This document shows, piece after piece, positions 9,942 through 22,185 of a stretch of 56,661 bases of DNA (positions are counted from its first letter, which is position 1; every line of letters begins with the position of its first letter). The DNA is from Gammaproteobacteria bacterium. Lineage in GTDB: Bacteria; Pseudomonadota; Gammaproteobacteria; Steroidobacterales; Foliamicaceae. Location of the stretch: assembly GCA_007571315.1 (NCBI GenBank), contig RKRP01000139.1, positions 1 to 56,661 on the forward strand, read 5' to 3'. The notes below the pieces were generated by a model. The model was given only the letters and a program-made list of their open reading frames with translations, searched no databases and was not told the origin of the DNA. A program made the position numbers and the translations under genes.

Positions 9942-11063
9942 ATGAAACTGAGCATTCCCCAGGAGCGCCTGCACAGCTTGCTCCAGTCGGTCGCAAACGC
10001 CGCGCAAACCCAGGCTGACACCATGGCCATACTGCGCAATGCTCTGCTGGAAACGTCGCAGGGCATGCTTACCGCTACCTGCACCAATCTCGAACTGACC
10101 CTGGTGGCCCACTGCGAACTGATTGATGCAGGGGAGGCGGGCAAGGTGACGGTTCCCGCCAAGCTGCTGCAAGGGATCAGCGCCTCGCTGAAAGGAGGAA
10201 GCAGCATTGATCTGGAGCTTGACGGCGGTCAGCTTTCGGTGAAATCGGGCCGCTATTCAGGCCGGTTGGAAACATTGCCGCCGGAGGATTTCCCCCGGCT
10301 GGACCCGGACAACGGCACCGAAGGAGTGGCCATAAAATCCGCGCTGCTGGCGAAAATGCTCGCCGAGACGCATTTCGCCATGGCCCAATCGGACCCGCGC
10401 TACTACCTCAATGGGATGCTGATGGAAATTGGCGAAGATGGCTTGCGGCTGGTTGCTACGGACGGACATAGGCTGTCTTGTTCGGAAACCGCGGAATGCG
10501 GCGGCGCCGAGGGGCGCAAGGGAATTGTGCCGCGAAACAGCATCAACGCTCTGCGGCCGCTGTTGCCTTTCAGCGAGGAGGTGGAATTGGCGCTGGGTGA
10601 AAACCAGGTTCGCTTCAGGCTTGGGGACCGGCAGATGACATCGAAGCTCATCGAAGGAAGGTATCCGGAGTACCGGCGGGTAATACCCGAGCGCCAGGAA
10701 AAGCCCTTGTTGGCGGACCGCGCCGCTTTGGAAACGGCCCTCAGCCGGGTTGCCCTGGTGGCGCGGGAGAGCCGCGGCGTGCGCGACCAGCGCATCCCAT
10801 TGGTGTCCGTGGTCGTCAAGGAAAACCGCGTAGTGATCAGCACCGAAGGAGGCCAGGGCGCCCAGGCGCATGATGAAGTTGAAGCCAATTACCGTGGTCC
10901 GGAGATCAAGGTTGGGTTCAACGCCATCTACCTGACGGATGTGCTCAAATCGCTGCAAAGCGACCAGGTTGAGATGCACTTGCGCGACGGCAACAGCAGC
11001 GTGCTTATTTGCGCGCCGGAAAACGAGGGCGTGCAGCACATCGTAATGCCCATGAGGTTGTAG
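9942..11063 (+). CDS. dnaN: DNA polymerase III beta sliding clamp
   Basis: 373 aa following dnaA, with the typical three-domain length, an internal LATDGHRL-like motif (VATDGHRLS) and a C-terminal MPMRL. Confidence 0.96.
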   Translation: MKLSIPQERLHSLLQSVANAAQTQADTMAILRNALLETSQGMLTATCTNLELTLVAHCELIDAGEAGKVTVPAKLLQGISASLKGGSSIDLELDGGQLSVKSGRYSGRLETLPPEDFPRLDPDNGTEGVAIKSALLAKMLAETHFAMAQSDPRYYLNGMLMEIGEDGLRLVATDGHRLSCSETAECGGAEGRKGIVPRNSINALRPLLPFSEEVELALGENQVRFRLGDRQMTSKLIEGRYPEYRRVIPERQEKPLLADRAALETALSRVALVARESRGVRDQRIPLVSVVVKENRVVISTEGGQGAQAHDEVEANYRGPEIKVGFNAIYLTDVLKSLQSDQVEMHLRDGNSSVLICAPENEGVQHIVMPMRL

Positions 11064-11149
11064 CAGGCGCTGCGCATTTGTTGAATCAGCCGGGAAACGG
11101 GGAACAAGGCGCAAGCGCGGAAACGAAGGCTCCGCGCCAAAGCTAGCGA

Positions 11150-12211
11150 GTGGCCCGCCTCACGCAATTGCGGGTGCGCAATATCCGGGCCTTGAAGGCC
11201 GTGGATTTGGCTCCCGGCCGGAAGGGAAATGTTATCAGCGGCCACAACGGCGCCGGCAAGACCAGCCTGCTGGAGAGCGTTTTCCTGCTATCAAGGGCAC
11301 GGAGTTTTCGCAGCGGCGATACTCGGCAGCTCATCGGCCGCGGCGAGGATGCGGCAAGCGTGAGGGGATCCGTGATTGCTGGGAGCAACACCCGGGAATT
11401 GGGGGTGAATATCCACGGCGGAAGGCTTCGCGCTTTTCTGGACAGCGAAACCGGCGTTCGCCGGGCGGAACTGGCGCTGGCCCTGCCCGTGCTGAACCTG
11501 GATGCGAAGGTTGTGGATCTGGTGGAGCAAGGACCCGAACGGCGAAGGTTGCTCTTGAATTGGGTGACGTTTCACGTGGAACCTGCTTTTCATGCGGCGT
11601 GGCGAAGGTTCAGGCGGAGCCTCAAGCAGCGCAACGCCGGACTGCGGGCGGGCATCCGGGCGGATGCGGTGACTGCGTGGGATGAGCAGTTCTGTCAAGC
11701 AGCCGAAGCGATGGAGGAGCGGCGCCGGATAGTGGCGGAGAATTTGCGGCCCCGATTTCGACGGATAGCGGAACAATTGCTTGGTTTGCGGGCCGACTGG
11801 AACTATTACCGGGGCTGGCCCCGCGACAAAACCCTGGCCGAGGCGTTGCGGGAAAACTTGGATAGCGACCGCAAGCTTGGGCGAACATGGCACGGTCCTC
11901 AACGCAGCGACCTTGCGCTGCGCCTTGAAGCCGGCCGGCCGCGATACCTTGCCTCCCGGGGGCAACAGAAGTTGCTGGCCGCTTCGATGATGCTGGCGGC
12001 GGCGGAATTGCTGGGGCAAGCCGGCGTGCCCAGGCCAGTCCTGCTGGCGGATGAGCCGCTCGCCGAACTGGATGCCGAGCATGCCGGAAGGTTGCTGAGC
12101 GCAATGTGGGCGGGCGGCTCGCAGCTCTTCATAACGGCGGTGGACCCCCGTCCTCTCGGAGAGGATTTGGAGCGCAAGGAATTTCGCCTGAGCGAGGGCG
12201 GGCTGGTATAA
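11150..12211 (+). CDS. recF: DNA replication and repair protein RecF
   Basis: 353 aa with a GTG start. Walker A GHNGAGKTSLLESV, an SGGQQ-like signature (SRGQQKLLAASMML) and Walker B LLADEP. dnaA-dnaN-recF-gyrB synteny. Confidence 0.93.
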   Translation: MARLTQLRVRNIRALKAVDLAPGRKGNVISGHNGAGKTSLLESVFLLSRARSFRSGDTRQLIGRGEDAASVRGSVIAGSNTRELGVNIHGGRLRAFLDSETGVRRAELALALPVLNLDAKVVDLVEQGPERRRLLLNWVTFHVEPAFHAAWRRFRRSLKQRNAGLRAGIRADAVTAWDEQFCQAAEAMEERRRIVAENLRPRFRRIAEQLLGLRADWNYYRGWPRDKTLAEALRENLDSDRKLGRTWHGPQRSDLALRLEAGRPRYLASRGQQKLLAASMMLAAAELLGQAGVPRPVLLADEPLAELDAEHAGRLLSAMWAGGSQLFITAVDPRPLGEDLERKEFRLSEGGLV

Positions 12212-12226
12212 TCGGGCCGTTCCTGA

Positions 12227-14875
<2,649 letters not shown>

Positions 14876-14900
14876 ACTTCTTTATTTCACTAGGGCGCGC

Positions 14901-15052
14901 TTCCTCGTCCTGTTGTTTTGCCCCCTCCCTGCGGGAGCGTCGGCGGCAGGACAGCCGCTGCCGAGCTCCAGGGATGGGTTTATGCGTCTCCCGCAGGGAG
15001 GGGGCAAAACAACAGGGCTTTAGCAGGTGAAATGGGAGGCAGGACACTCGAA
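14901..15052. repeat. palindromic intergenic element, copy 1 (perfect 29-bp inverted arms 14909-14937 / 14988-15016, 50-nt loop)
   Basis: Left arm cctgttgttttgccccctccctgcgggag is the exact reverse complement of right arm ctcccgcagggagggggcaaaacaacagg. Conserved left flank ttcctcg and right flank ggctttagcagg are shared with the copies at 25803-25957 and 45925-46050. It sits between convergent gyrB and plsC. Confidence 0.9.
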
Positions 15053-15145
15053 CCCAGAAAAGAGGCTGGCTGCTGAAGCATGCGAGCGGTTCCTGCGCGT
15101 ATCAGGGGGAGACGGAGAAGCGGAGAAAAAGTGGATAAAAGTAGA

Positions 15146-15868
15146 TTAATTATCGCTAATATCGCGTAACTTTCCGACTTCTTCTTCAATCCAGGCCTTT
15201 GCGTCCCCAGTCAGCTTCCGGGCGCCTTGATGGCGGGAATCCAGGGGCGGGCCTATCACTACGCGGATCGTTCCCGGTTTCTTTGCCGCGCTGCGCCGCG
15301 GCCAGTAATCGCCGGCGTTATGGGCCACTGGCACGACCGGGCAGCAGGCGGCGCTCGCGATCATGGCGCCGCCTGGCGCGTAGTTTCCGGTTTGTCCGGG
15401 CGCCACGCGGGTGCCTTCGGGGAAAACGATGATCCAGAGTCCCTCGGCGAGGCGCTCCCTGGCGAGCCGGACCAGGCTCCTGATAGCGCGGCTGCCCCGG
15501 GCGCGGTCCACCCCGATTGCTCGCATGGTCGCCAGTCCCCAGCCAAATACAGGCAGGAACATGAGTTCCCGCTTCAGGATCCATGTTTGCCTCGGAAACA
15601 GCAGGGCCTGGGCGATCGTCTCGAAAGCCGAGGAGTGCTTCATGAGCACCACGCTGGGCTCCGCCGGCAGATTGTGCGCGCCGCGCACCTCCCAGTCCAC
15701 GCCGCAGATCACGCGGAGCAGCCAGAGGTTCGCCAGAGCCCAGCAGCGCACCGCGAAGAAATAGCCGATCCGGTGCGGCAGCGGCCACAGGACAACCGCC
15801 CACAAGCTGCCCGCAATGGTGTTTAACACTAAAAGCGCCGAAAACAGCCAGCCCCTAGCCCGATTCAT
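15146..15868 (-). CDS. plsC: 1-acyl-sn-glycerol-3-phosphate acyltransferase
   Basis: 240 aa. Acyltransferase motifs KHSSAFETI (HX4D/E-type block) and FPEGTR, with an N-terminal TM segment. The start overlaps the gmhB stop by 1 nt (TGATG). Confidence 0.88.
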   Translation of the reverse strand: MNRARGWLFSALLVLNTIAGSLWAVVLWPLPHRIGYFFAVRCWALANLWLLRVICGVDWEVRGAHNLPAEPSVVLMKHSSAFETIAQALLFPRQTWILKRELMFLPVFGWGLATMRAIGVDRARGSRAIRSLVRLARERLAEGLWIIVFPEGTRVAPGQTGNYAPGGAMIASAACCPVVPVAHNAGDYWPRRSAAKKPGTIRVVIGPPLDSRHQGARKLTGDAKAWIEEEVGKLRDISDN

Positions 15869-16449
15869 CAGCCTGTCTCCAGCAGCCAGCCCGCAAAAAC
15901 AGACAGGTCATCGAAAATCCGCACATCGCTTTGCGCCGCAAGCCGCTGCTCGGTGGCGCGCCCAAAACCGGTGCGCACCAGCGCCGGCAGCGCGCCCGCC
16001 GCGCTGGCCGCCTGAAGATCGCGCAGCGAATCGCCCACCATGTACTGTCCGGCCACGGCCAGCCCAAGCGCCGCCTCGATTTGCAGCAGCAGACCCGGCA
16101 ATGGCTTGCGGCACCGGCAATGGTCCGATGGGGCGTGCGGACAGAAGAAAACGCCGGCCAGCTCGCCCCCGGCTTCGCTTACGGCCTGCAAAAGGCGATC
16201 ATGCACCGCCGCCAGCTCTCCAGCGCTCATCAATCCTCGGCCCACGCCGGACTGATTGGTGGCCACGGCCACCGGTATTCCCGCGCGGGATAGCCGCGCG
16301 ATCGCTTCCAGGCTGCCCGGCAGCGGCCGCCACTGATCCGCAGTGCGGATGAAGTCGCCCCGCTCCTCGTTGATTACGCCGTCACGGTCGAGAATGACCA
16401 GGCGCGGCTTCTTCCGCTCCGGTTCTGCGTATGCGCTGGAAAGCGGCAA
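15868..16449 (-). CDS. gmhB: D-glycero-beta-D-manno-heptose-1,7-bisphosphate 7-phosphatase (HAD-IIIA)
   Basis: 193 aa. LVILDRDGVINEE (DxD nucleophile motif), the CRCRKPLPG zinc/Cys motif and MVGDSLRDLQAA. glyQS-gmhB-plsC synteny is common in beta/gamma-proteobacteria. Confidence 0.88.
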   Translation of the reverse strand: MPLSSAYAEPERKKPRLVILDRDGVINEERGDFIRTADQWRPLPGSLEAIARLSRAGIPVAVATNQSGVGRGLMSAGELAAVHDRLLQAVSEAGGELAGVFFCPHAPSDHCRCRKPLPGLLLQIEAALGLAVAGQYMVGDSLRDLQAASAAGALPALVRTGFGRATEQRLAAQSDVRIFDDLSVFAGWLLETG

Positions 16450-16452
16450 AGG

Positions 16453-18561
16453 CTACTGCCGCCCGGGAAGCAGCGATAAGTCGGCTACCCCCAGCAGCGC
16501 TTCCCGGATGCCCGCCAGCAGCGCCAGCCGGCTGCGGCGCAGGTCGGCGTTCTCGCACATGACCAGCACGTGGTCGAAGAAGTCGCCCAGCGGTCCTGCC
16601 AGGGAAGCCAGCAATTCCAGCGCCCCGGCGTAGTCCTGCGCGCGCAGCCGCTGCCGGTACTGCGGCAGCAGAAGCAGGAAAGCGCTGTGCAGAGTCCGTT
16701 CCTCCGCCTCCACCAGCAGTTCCTGCCGCAGGTCGCTTGCATCGGCATCCACCGAGCGCAGGATATTGCCAATGCGCTTGTTTGCGGCGGCCAGATCGTT
16801 TGCGGCCGCCTGTTCAAGGAAGCCGCGGAGAGCCTTGAGGCGGCGGTAAAAATCCAGCGGGGAGGCCGGGTTGCGCGCCCGGACCGCGGCAAACAGCTCG
16901 GGAGTGATGGTGAACTCCGAGGAATCGGGATGCAGGCCGTCAAGGCACCAGGCCCTTAGCCGCTCCATAATGAAGGAATACTCTTGTTCCACAGCGTCCC
17001 GTTCTTCAGGACTTTCCAACGGTTGCCGGGACCGGGCGCGGCCAAGAACTTTTGGCAGGTCCAGTTCAACCGAGCCCTCGATGCAAATGCGCAGTATGGC
17101 CAGCGCGGCGCGGCGCAGCCCGAACGGGTCGCTGGCGCCCGTCGGCCGCCGCCCGATTGCGAACAGTCCGGCCAGACTGTCCAGGCGGTCCGCCAGCGCC
17201 AGCGCTCGCCCGGCAGGGCTTGCGGGAATGGCTTCGCCTGCCTGGCGGGGGGAATAGTGCTCGCCAATGGCCAGACGCACTTCTTCGGCTTCGCCGTCAT
17301 TGCGGGCGTAGTGCGCGCCCATAACGCCTTGCAGGCTCGGAAATTCGCCCACCATTCCGGTGAGCAAGTCGGCCTTGCAAAGCAGCGCCGCGCGCCGCGC
17401 AGCCGCGGGGTTTGCGCCGGTGGCCGGGGCCAGATCTTCAGCCAGAGCCGCCAGCCGCTCCACTCTGTCGCCCAGGGACCCGAGGCGGTCCTGGTAGCGC
17501 ACTTTCTTTAGCGCCGGCAGGCGGTCCGCAAGCGCTTCCCCGCAATCCCTCCGATAGAAGAAGTCGGCATCGTTCAGCCGGGCGCGCACTACGCGCTCGG
17601 CGCCCTTGGCAACGGAAGCGGGCGCGCTGCTTTCAAGATTGCTGATAAGCACAAATCGTGCCAGCAGCTCTCCGGACTTTGCCCGCACCGGGAAAAAGCG
17701 CAGCTGTTCCTGCAAAGTGGCGGTGATTACCGCCTCCGGCAGCTTCAGAAAACGCTCCTCGAACCCGCCGCAAAGAGCAACCGGCCATTCGACCAGCCCG
17801 GCAATTTCATCCTCCAGCGCGGCGCTGCTGACCAACTCGCCTCCAATCTTGGTGGCCTGTTCCCCTGCCAGGTCCAGAATCATCTCGCGCCTGACGCGAA
17901 AATCCGCGATTACACGGCCTCTTTGACGCAATGCCGCAGCGTAGTCTCCCGCCGCCCCCAGACTCAAACGTTTCTCGCCCATGAAGCGGTGGCCTCTGCT
18001 GACGCGCCCGCTGCGCCTTCCGAAAAGGGTTGCCGGCACCACCTTGCGGCCGTGCAGCATGGTTATCCAGCGCACCGGACGGATGAACTCCTGCTCTTCC
18101 GATCCCCAGCGCATCGGCCTGGGGATTGGCAGGCGGCCGAGCGCGCCGGCGACAATGCCTGGCAGCAGGGAGGTCGCCGAGCGTCCTGGGCGCCGCTTGC
18201 GGAACGCCAGCCATTCTCCTTTGGGGGTGCGCAGGGTATGCAATTTTTCCGGCGCGCAGCCGCACGATTGGGCGAACGCCCTGGCGGCGCGAGTCCATTC
18301 GCCGCCGGCATCGCGCGCTATCGCCAGCGGTGGCCCCCGCTTCTCAATGACTTGCGCGGGCTGCCTCGCCGCTAGCGCCCGCGCCACCACCGCCAGCCGG
18401 CGCGGCGAAGCATAGGATTCCACGGCCTCGCAGACGAGGCCAGCCTGAGCCAGGCCGCTGCGAAAAGACTGGCGGAAATGGCGTTCCAGAACAGGCAGGC
18501 TTTTCGGCGGCAGCTCCTCCACGCCAATCTCGACCAGAAAATCCGCAGCCGCCATTGTCAA
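16453..18561 (-). CDS. glyS: glycine--tRNA ligase beta subunit
   Basis: 702 aa. N-terminus FLVEIGVEELPPK is typical of GlyS. It directly abuts the glyQ stop. Confidence 0.96.
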   Translation of the reverse strand: MTMAAADFLVEIGVEELPPKSLPVLERHFRQSFRSGLAQAGLVCEAVESYASPRRLAVVARALAARQPAQVIEKRGPPLAIARDAGGEWTRAARAFAQSCGCAPEKLHTLRTPKGEWLAFRKRRPGRSATSLLPGIVAGALGRLPIPRPMRWGSEEQEFIRPVRWITMLHGRKVVPATLFGRRSGRVSRGHRFMGEKRLSLGAAGDYAAALRQRGRVIADFRVRREMILDLAGEQATKIGGELVSSAALEDEIAGLVEWPVALCGGFEERFLKLPEAVITATLQEQLRFFPVRAKSGELLARFVLISNLESSAPASVAKGAERVVRARLNDADFFYRRDCGEALADRLPALKKVRYQDRLGSLGDRVERLAALAEDLAPATGANPAAARRAALLCKADLLTGMVGEFPSLQGVMGAHYARNDGEAEEVRLAIGEHYSPRQAGEAIPASPAGRALALADRLDSLAGLFAIGRRPTGASDPFGLRRAALAILRICIEGSVELDLPKVLGRARSRQPLESPEERDAVEQEYSFIMERLRAWCLDGLHPDSSEFTITPELFAAVRARNPASPLDFYRRLKALRGFLEQAAANDLAAANKRIGNILRSVDADASDLRQELLVEAEERTLHSAFLLLLPQYRQRLRAQDYAGALELLASLAGPLGDFFDHVLVMCENADLRRSRLALLAGIREALLGVADLSLLPGRQ

Positions 18562-19473
18562 CTACCGGCCAGGATTGCGGAGAAGCGGGAAACCCATCGC
18601 TTGGCGCGCCGCCACGTAGCCGCGCGCCACGGCGCCGGCCATGTTGCCCACACGCAGGATATAGCGCTGCCGTTCGGTGGTGGAAATGGCGCGCCTGGCA
18701 TCCAGCAGGTTGAAGGTGTGCGAGGCTTCCAGCACCTGTTCGTAGGCCGGCAGAGGCAACTGCTCGGCAGTCAACCGGGCGCATTGCTCCTCGCAGTCGT
18801 CGAAGCGCCTGAACAAAAGCTCCGTATCCGCCAACTCGAAGTTGAATCTGGACATTTCCACTTCGTTTTGGTGATACACCTCGCGGTAGCGCACAGGCTG
18901 TCCGCGGTTGGACCACACCAGGTCGAAAACGCTGTCCACGCCTTGCAGGTACATGGCGAGTCTTTCCAGGCCGTAGGTGATTTCTCCGGTCACGGGCCGG
19001 CAATCCAAACCGCCTACCTGTTGGAAATAGGTGAACTGGGTAATCTCCATGCCGTTCAGCCACACTTCCCAGCCAAGCCCCCAGGCGCCCAGGGTGGGCG
19101 ATTCCCAATTGTCTTCCACGAACCGCGCATCCTCGGCATTGAGGTCAATCCCGATATGGCGCAAGGATTCCAGGTACCAGTCCTGAAACTGGTCCGGCGA
19201 CGGCTTCATAACCACCTGAAACTGGTAGTAATGCTGCAGCCGGAACGGATTGTTTCCGTAGCGGCCATCGGCGGGCCGCCGGCTGGGTTGCGCGTAGGCG
19301 CTGTTCCAGGGCTCCGGGCCCAGCGCGCGCAGAAAGGTGGCGGGATGAAAGGTGCCGGCTCCTACGGGCTGATCCAGCGGCTGAACGATTACACAGCCGC
19401 GCCGGGCCCAAAACGCCTCCAGGAGGTGGATCAGCGTCTGGAAATCGGGGGGTTGCTTGCGCTCCATGGACAA
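18562..19473 (-). CDS. glyQ: glycine--tRNA ligase alpha subunit
   Basis: 303 aa. [46 protein letters not shown] is highly conserved GlyQ sequence. Confidence 0.97.
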   Translation of the reverse strand: MSMERKQPPDFQTLIHLLEAFWARRGCVIVQPLDQPVGAGTFHPATFLRALGPEPWNSAYAQPSRRPADGRYGNNPFRLQHYYQFQVVMKPSPDQFQDWYLESLRHIGIDLNAEDARFVEDNWESPTLGAWGLGWEVWLNGMEITQFTYFQQVGGLDCRPVTGEITYGLERLAMYLQGVDSVFDLVWSNRGQPVRYREVYHQNEVEMSRFNFELADTELLFRRFDDCEEQCARLTAEQLPLPAYEQVLEASHTFNLLDARRAISTTERQRYILRVGNMAGAVARGYVAARQAMGFPLLRNPGR

Positions 19474-19498
19474 GGCGCGGACCGCTGCGATTCGAGGC

Positions 19499-20695
19499 TC
19501 AGCCTGCTCTGCCGAAAACCGCCACGCTGACCACGCAGCGCGCCGGTTCGCCGCCCAGGTTATGGGTAAGGCCCAGTTCAGGCGAAGGCAGTTGCCGGTC
19601 GCCGGCCCGGCCCAGCAACTGAAGATAAACCTCGTAGGCCATGCGCAGGCCCGATGCCCCTATGGGATGCCCGAAACACTTCAGCCCGCCGTCGATCTGA
19701 CAGGGCGTCTTGCCGTCCCGGTCGAAAGCGCCGTCCAGCACCGCCCGCCAGCCCTGGCCCTCGCCGGCAAAGCCCAAATCCTCCATGGTGACCAGCTCGG
19801 TAATTGAGAAGCAGTCGTGAACTTCAATAAGATCAATATCTTCTCTGGCGCTGCGCAGGCCAGCCTCGGCCAGCGCGCGCTGCCCCGCCAGACGCCCGCA
19901 GTGGATGTAACTGCCGTTCCATCCCTGGTGTCCGGCCTCCGAGCCATTGCTCACCGCGAGCTGCAGCGCCTTGACGGTAACACTCTCCGTCTTTCCCATC
20001 TCGCGGGCGATTTCCGGCCGGGCGACGATGGCGCAGGCTGCGCCGTCGGACACCCCGCAGCAATCGAACAGCCCAAGCGGCTCCGCCACCATAGGGGCGC
20101 CGATGATGGTATCGACATCCACAGCCTTGCGCAGGTGGGCCTTGGGGTTGATGGCGCCATTCTGATGACTCTTCCAGGACACGTGGGCCATGGCGCGCTT
20201 GAGGTCCTTTTCCTGCACGCGGTGCCGGGCGCGGTAGGCGGAAGCCAGTTGGGCGAAGGACCCGGGCGAACTGGTGTTGGGCCGCCACTGTTCGGTAAAG
20301 GTGCCCGGCGTTCCCACGGGCAGACCGCCGTAGCCGGTGTCCTTGAGCTTCTCCACACCCAGCGCCAGCGCGATGTCGCAGGCGCCAGCCGCCACGGCGT
20401 ACGCGGCTCCGCGCAGAGCCTCGGTGCCGGTGGCGCACATGTTCTCCACCCGCGTGACGGGAATGTTCTTAAGGCGCAGCGCATTGGCCAGCGGCAACGC
20501 CGATTTGCCTACGCTGGCATCGTCGAAGTAGCAGCCGAACCAGGCGGCGTCAAGATCGCCGGCGCCCAGGCCGGCATCTTCGGAGGCCTCGCGAAACGCT
20601 TCCAGCATTAGATCTTCGGCATCGCAGTCCCAGCGTTCGCCAAACCGGGAGCAACCCATCCCCACGATCGCCACTTTGTCGCATATGCCCGTCAT
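19499..20695 (-). CDS. thiolase-family protein (SCP-x / archaeal-type acetyl-CoA C-acyltransferase-like)
   Basis: The family-like sequence starts at [21 protein letters not shown] (ATG complement of 20693-20695), which forms an ATGA overlap with the upstream gene's stop. Motifs: nucleophile Cys context [23 protein letters not shown]. The longer track ORF (to 21235) is an artefactual extension across the upstream gene. Confidence 0.85.
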   Translation of the reverse strand: MTGICDKVAIVGMGCSRFGERWDCDAEDLMLEAFREASEDAGLGAGDLDAAWFGCYFDDASVGKSALPLANALRLKNIPVTRVENMCATGTEALRGAAYAVAAGACDIALALGVEKLKDTGYGGLPVGTPGTFTEQWRPNTSSPGSFAQLASAYRARHRVQEKDLKRAMAHVSWKSHQNGAINPKAHLRKAVDVDTIIGAPMVAEPLGLFDCCGVSDGAACAIVARPEIAREMGKTESVTVKALQLAVSNGSEAGHQGWNGSYIHCGRLAGQRALAEAGLRSAREDIDLIEVHDCFSITELVTMEDLGFAGEGQGWRAVLDGAFDRDGKTPCQIDGGLKCFGHPIGASGLRMAYEVYLQLLGRAGDRQLPSPELGLTHNLGGEPARCVVSVAVFGRAG

Positions 20696-22149
20696 GAGGC
20701 CTTCTCCTCGCCGGGCGCCGGCGCGCCCTTCCAGAAATACCGCCGATACCCTCTGCGCGAGTCTATCGCGTGAATACGAAAGACGAAGCGCAACTTCAGC
20801 CCTACCCGCATCTTCCGCAGCGGGCACTCGGTAAATTCCATCAGCGCCCGGGCCCCTTCGGCAGTGGCGGCAAGCCCGTATTGCAGCGGAGGATGGGGCG
20901 TGTAGGCAAGCCAGTCCTGGGTGAAGGACGATACCTCTCCCGGCTGTTCCGCCAGCAGCACAACATCCTGTTGCGCCTCGGCGTTGCAGTCCGGATTGAC
21001 GCAGCGCCTGGCGCGCGGAAACTGCACGGTGTTGCAGGCTGCGCAGCGCCCGCCGGCAAAGCCCGTCAGTTCGGCGCGATGGCGGTCGAAGCTGCTGAGT
21101 TGGGTCTTTGCGTCCGCCTCGGCGCGCATGCCGAAATCCATCGGCAGCAGGCCGCTGAAGCTCAGCAGCTTGGTGTAAGCGCTCTCGGGGCGCGGCGGAG
21201 ACAGGGCTGCCCGGCGCGCGTTGCGCCGCTGCCATTCGGGCAGTTTCCCGGTGGTTTTCAACAGCAGGGCGATTCCGCCCTGGGCGAAGCCCACCACAAG
21301 GATCAGTTCCCCGGGTTCAGCCTGGGCCAGCGCATCAACGGTCAGCAGCAGAGGATGCGGAGCGCCGGTGTCGCCCACATCGCCCAGCCTGCCGTCCTGA
21401 ACCGACCCGGCCGCAATGCCCAGGCCCTTTGCCAGCGCCGCGGTCATGCGCGGCGGAGCGGCGGGCAGCACGGCGCGCGACAGTTGCCGGGGCGCTACGC
21501 CGGCCTGCTCAAGCAAGCCCCCAACCAGCGGCGGCAGGATGGAGCGGTAGCCGCGGTCGCGAATCCAGCGTTCTTCCCAGCGGTAATCAAATGATTCCCC
21601 GCTAGCGCGGAACTGATCGACAAAATCCCGCGAAAGACGGCGCTCGGCCACCACTTCCGCAATCGCGTCCTGGCCGCCCAGCAGCACCGCCGCCGCTCCA
21701 TGGCCGTACTGGAGCTCCTGAACGCTGGCCGGCCTGGCGAGCCGCGCATCCGCCGAGACCACCAGCGCGGAACTGCCGCCGGGCAGGGCCTCGCAAAGCG
21801 CCTGCAGCCCGGCGTTGCGGGAATTGGCCAGATCCACAGCGGCCAGATTGTCGGAAAGGTTCAGCGCCTCGCCAATTACGGCAGCGCATTGGCGGTCGGC
21901 GAACGGAGGCGTGGTGGAAGCAAAATACAGCCGCCGCGCATCCTCCCTGGACCGGTCCGCCAGACAGCGCCGCGCCGCTTCCACGCCCATGGTGATGCTG
22001 TCCTCGTCCCAGTTGCACATGCTGCGCGCGCCTCGCGCCAGACCCTTGAGAGCCGGATTGGCCCAGGCGTTGGCCGCGAAAATTGCCTGGCGGTCCAGGC
22101 GCATGGCGGGCACGTAGGCAGCCGCATCCACGATACCGAGCTTTGCCAT
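20692..22149 (-). CDS. HMG-CoA synthase/FabH-like domain fused to a DUF35 (Zn-ribbon + OB-fold) domain; catalytic Glu/Cys apparently absent
   Basis: 485 aa. The N-terminal ~330 aa follow the archaeal HMGS pattern (GIVDAAAYVPAMRL, WDEDSITMGVEAARRCL, GHGAAAVLLGG). The C-terminal ~130 aa carry a CxxC...CxxxxC ribbon (GGRCAACNTVQFPRARRCVNPDC) plus an OB-like tail. Expected motifs read ASTTPPF (not SES) and DLANSRNAG (no Cys). Confidence 0.7.
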   Translation of the reverse strand: MAKLGIVDAAAYVPAMRLDRQAIFAANAWANPALKGLARGARSMCNWDEDSITMGVEAARRCLADRSREDARRLYFASTTPPFADRQCAAVIGEALNLSDNLAAVDLANSRNAGLQALCEALPGGSSALVVSADARLARPASVQELQYGHGAAAVLLGGQDAIAEVVAERRLSRDFVDQFRASGESFDYRWEERWIRDRGYRSILPPLVGGLLEQAGVAPRQLSRAVLPAAPPRMTAALAKGLGIAAGSVQDGRLGDVGDTGAPHPLLLTVDALAQAEPGELILVVGFAQGGIALLLKTTGKLPEWQRRNARRAALSPPRPESAYTKLLSFSGLLPMDFGMRAEADAKTQLSSFDRHRAELTGFAGGRCAACNTVQFPRARRCVNPDCNAEAQQDVVLLAEQPGEVSSFTQDWLAYTPHPPLQYGLAATAEGARALMEFTECPLRKMRVGLKLRFVFRIHAIDSRRGYRRYFWKGAPAPGEEKAS

Positions 22150-22185
22150 ATTACGCTCCTGCCGCTTTCGCCAAGACTTCGCCTG

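Noticed and set aside
20696-21235. N-terminal 180-aa extension of the thiolase ORF offered by the track (19499-21235).
   Set aside because: The extension overlaps the 3' part of the upstream HMGS-like/DUF35 gene in another frame and is Arg/Ala-rich junk. Thiolase-like sequence begins exactly at the Met forming an ATGA overlap at 20692-20695.
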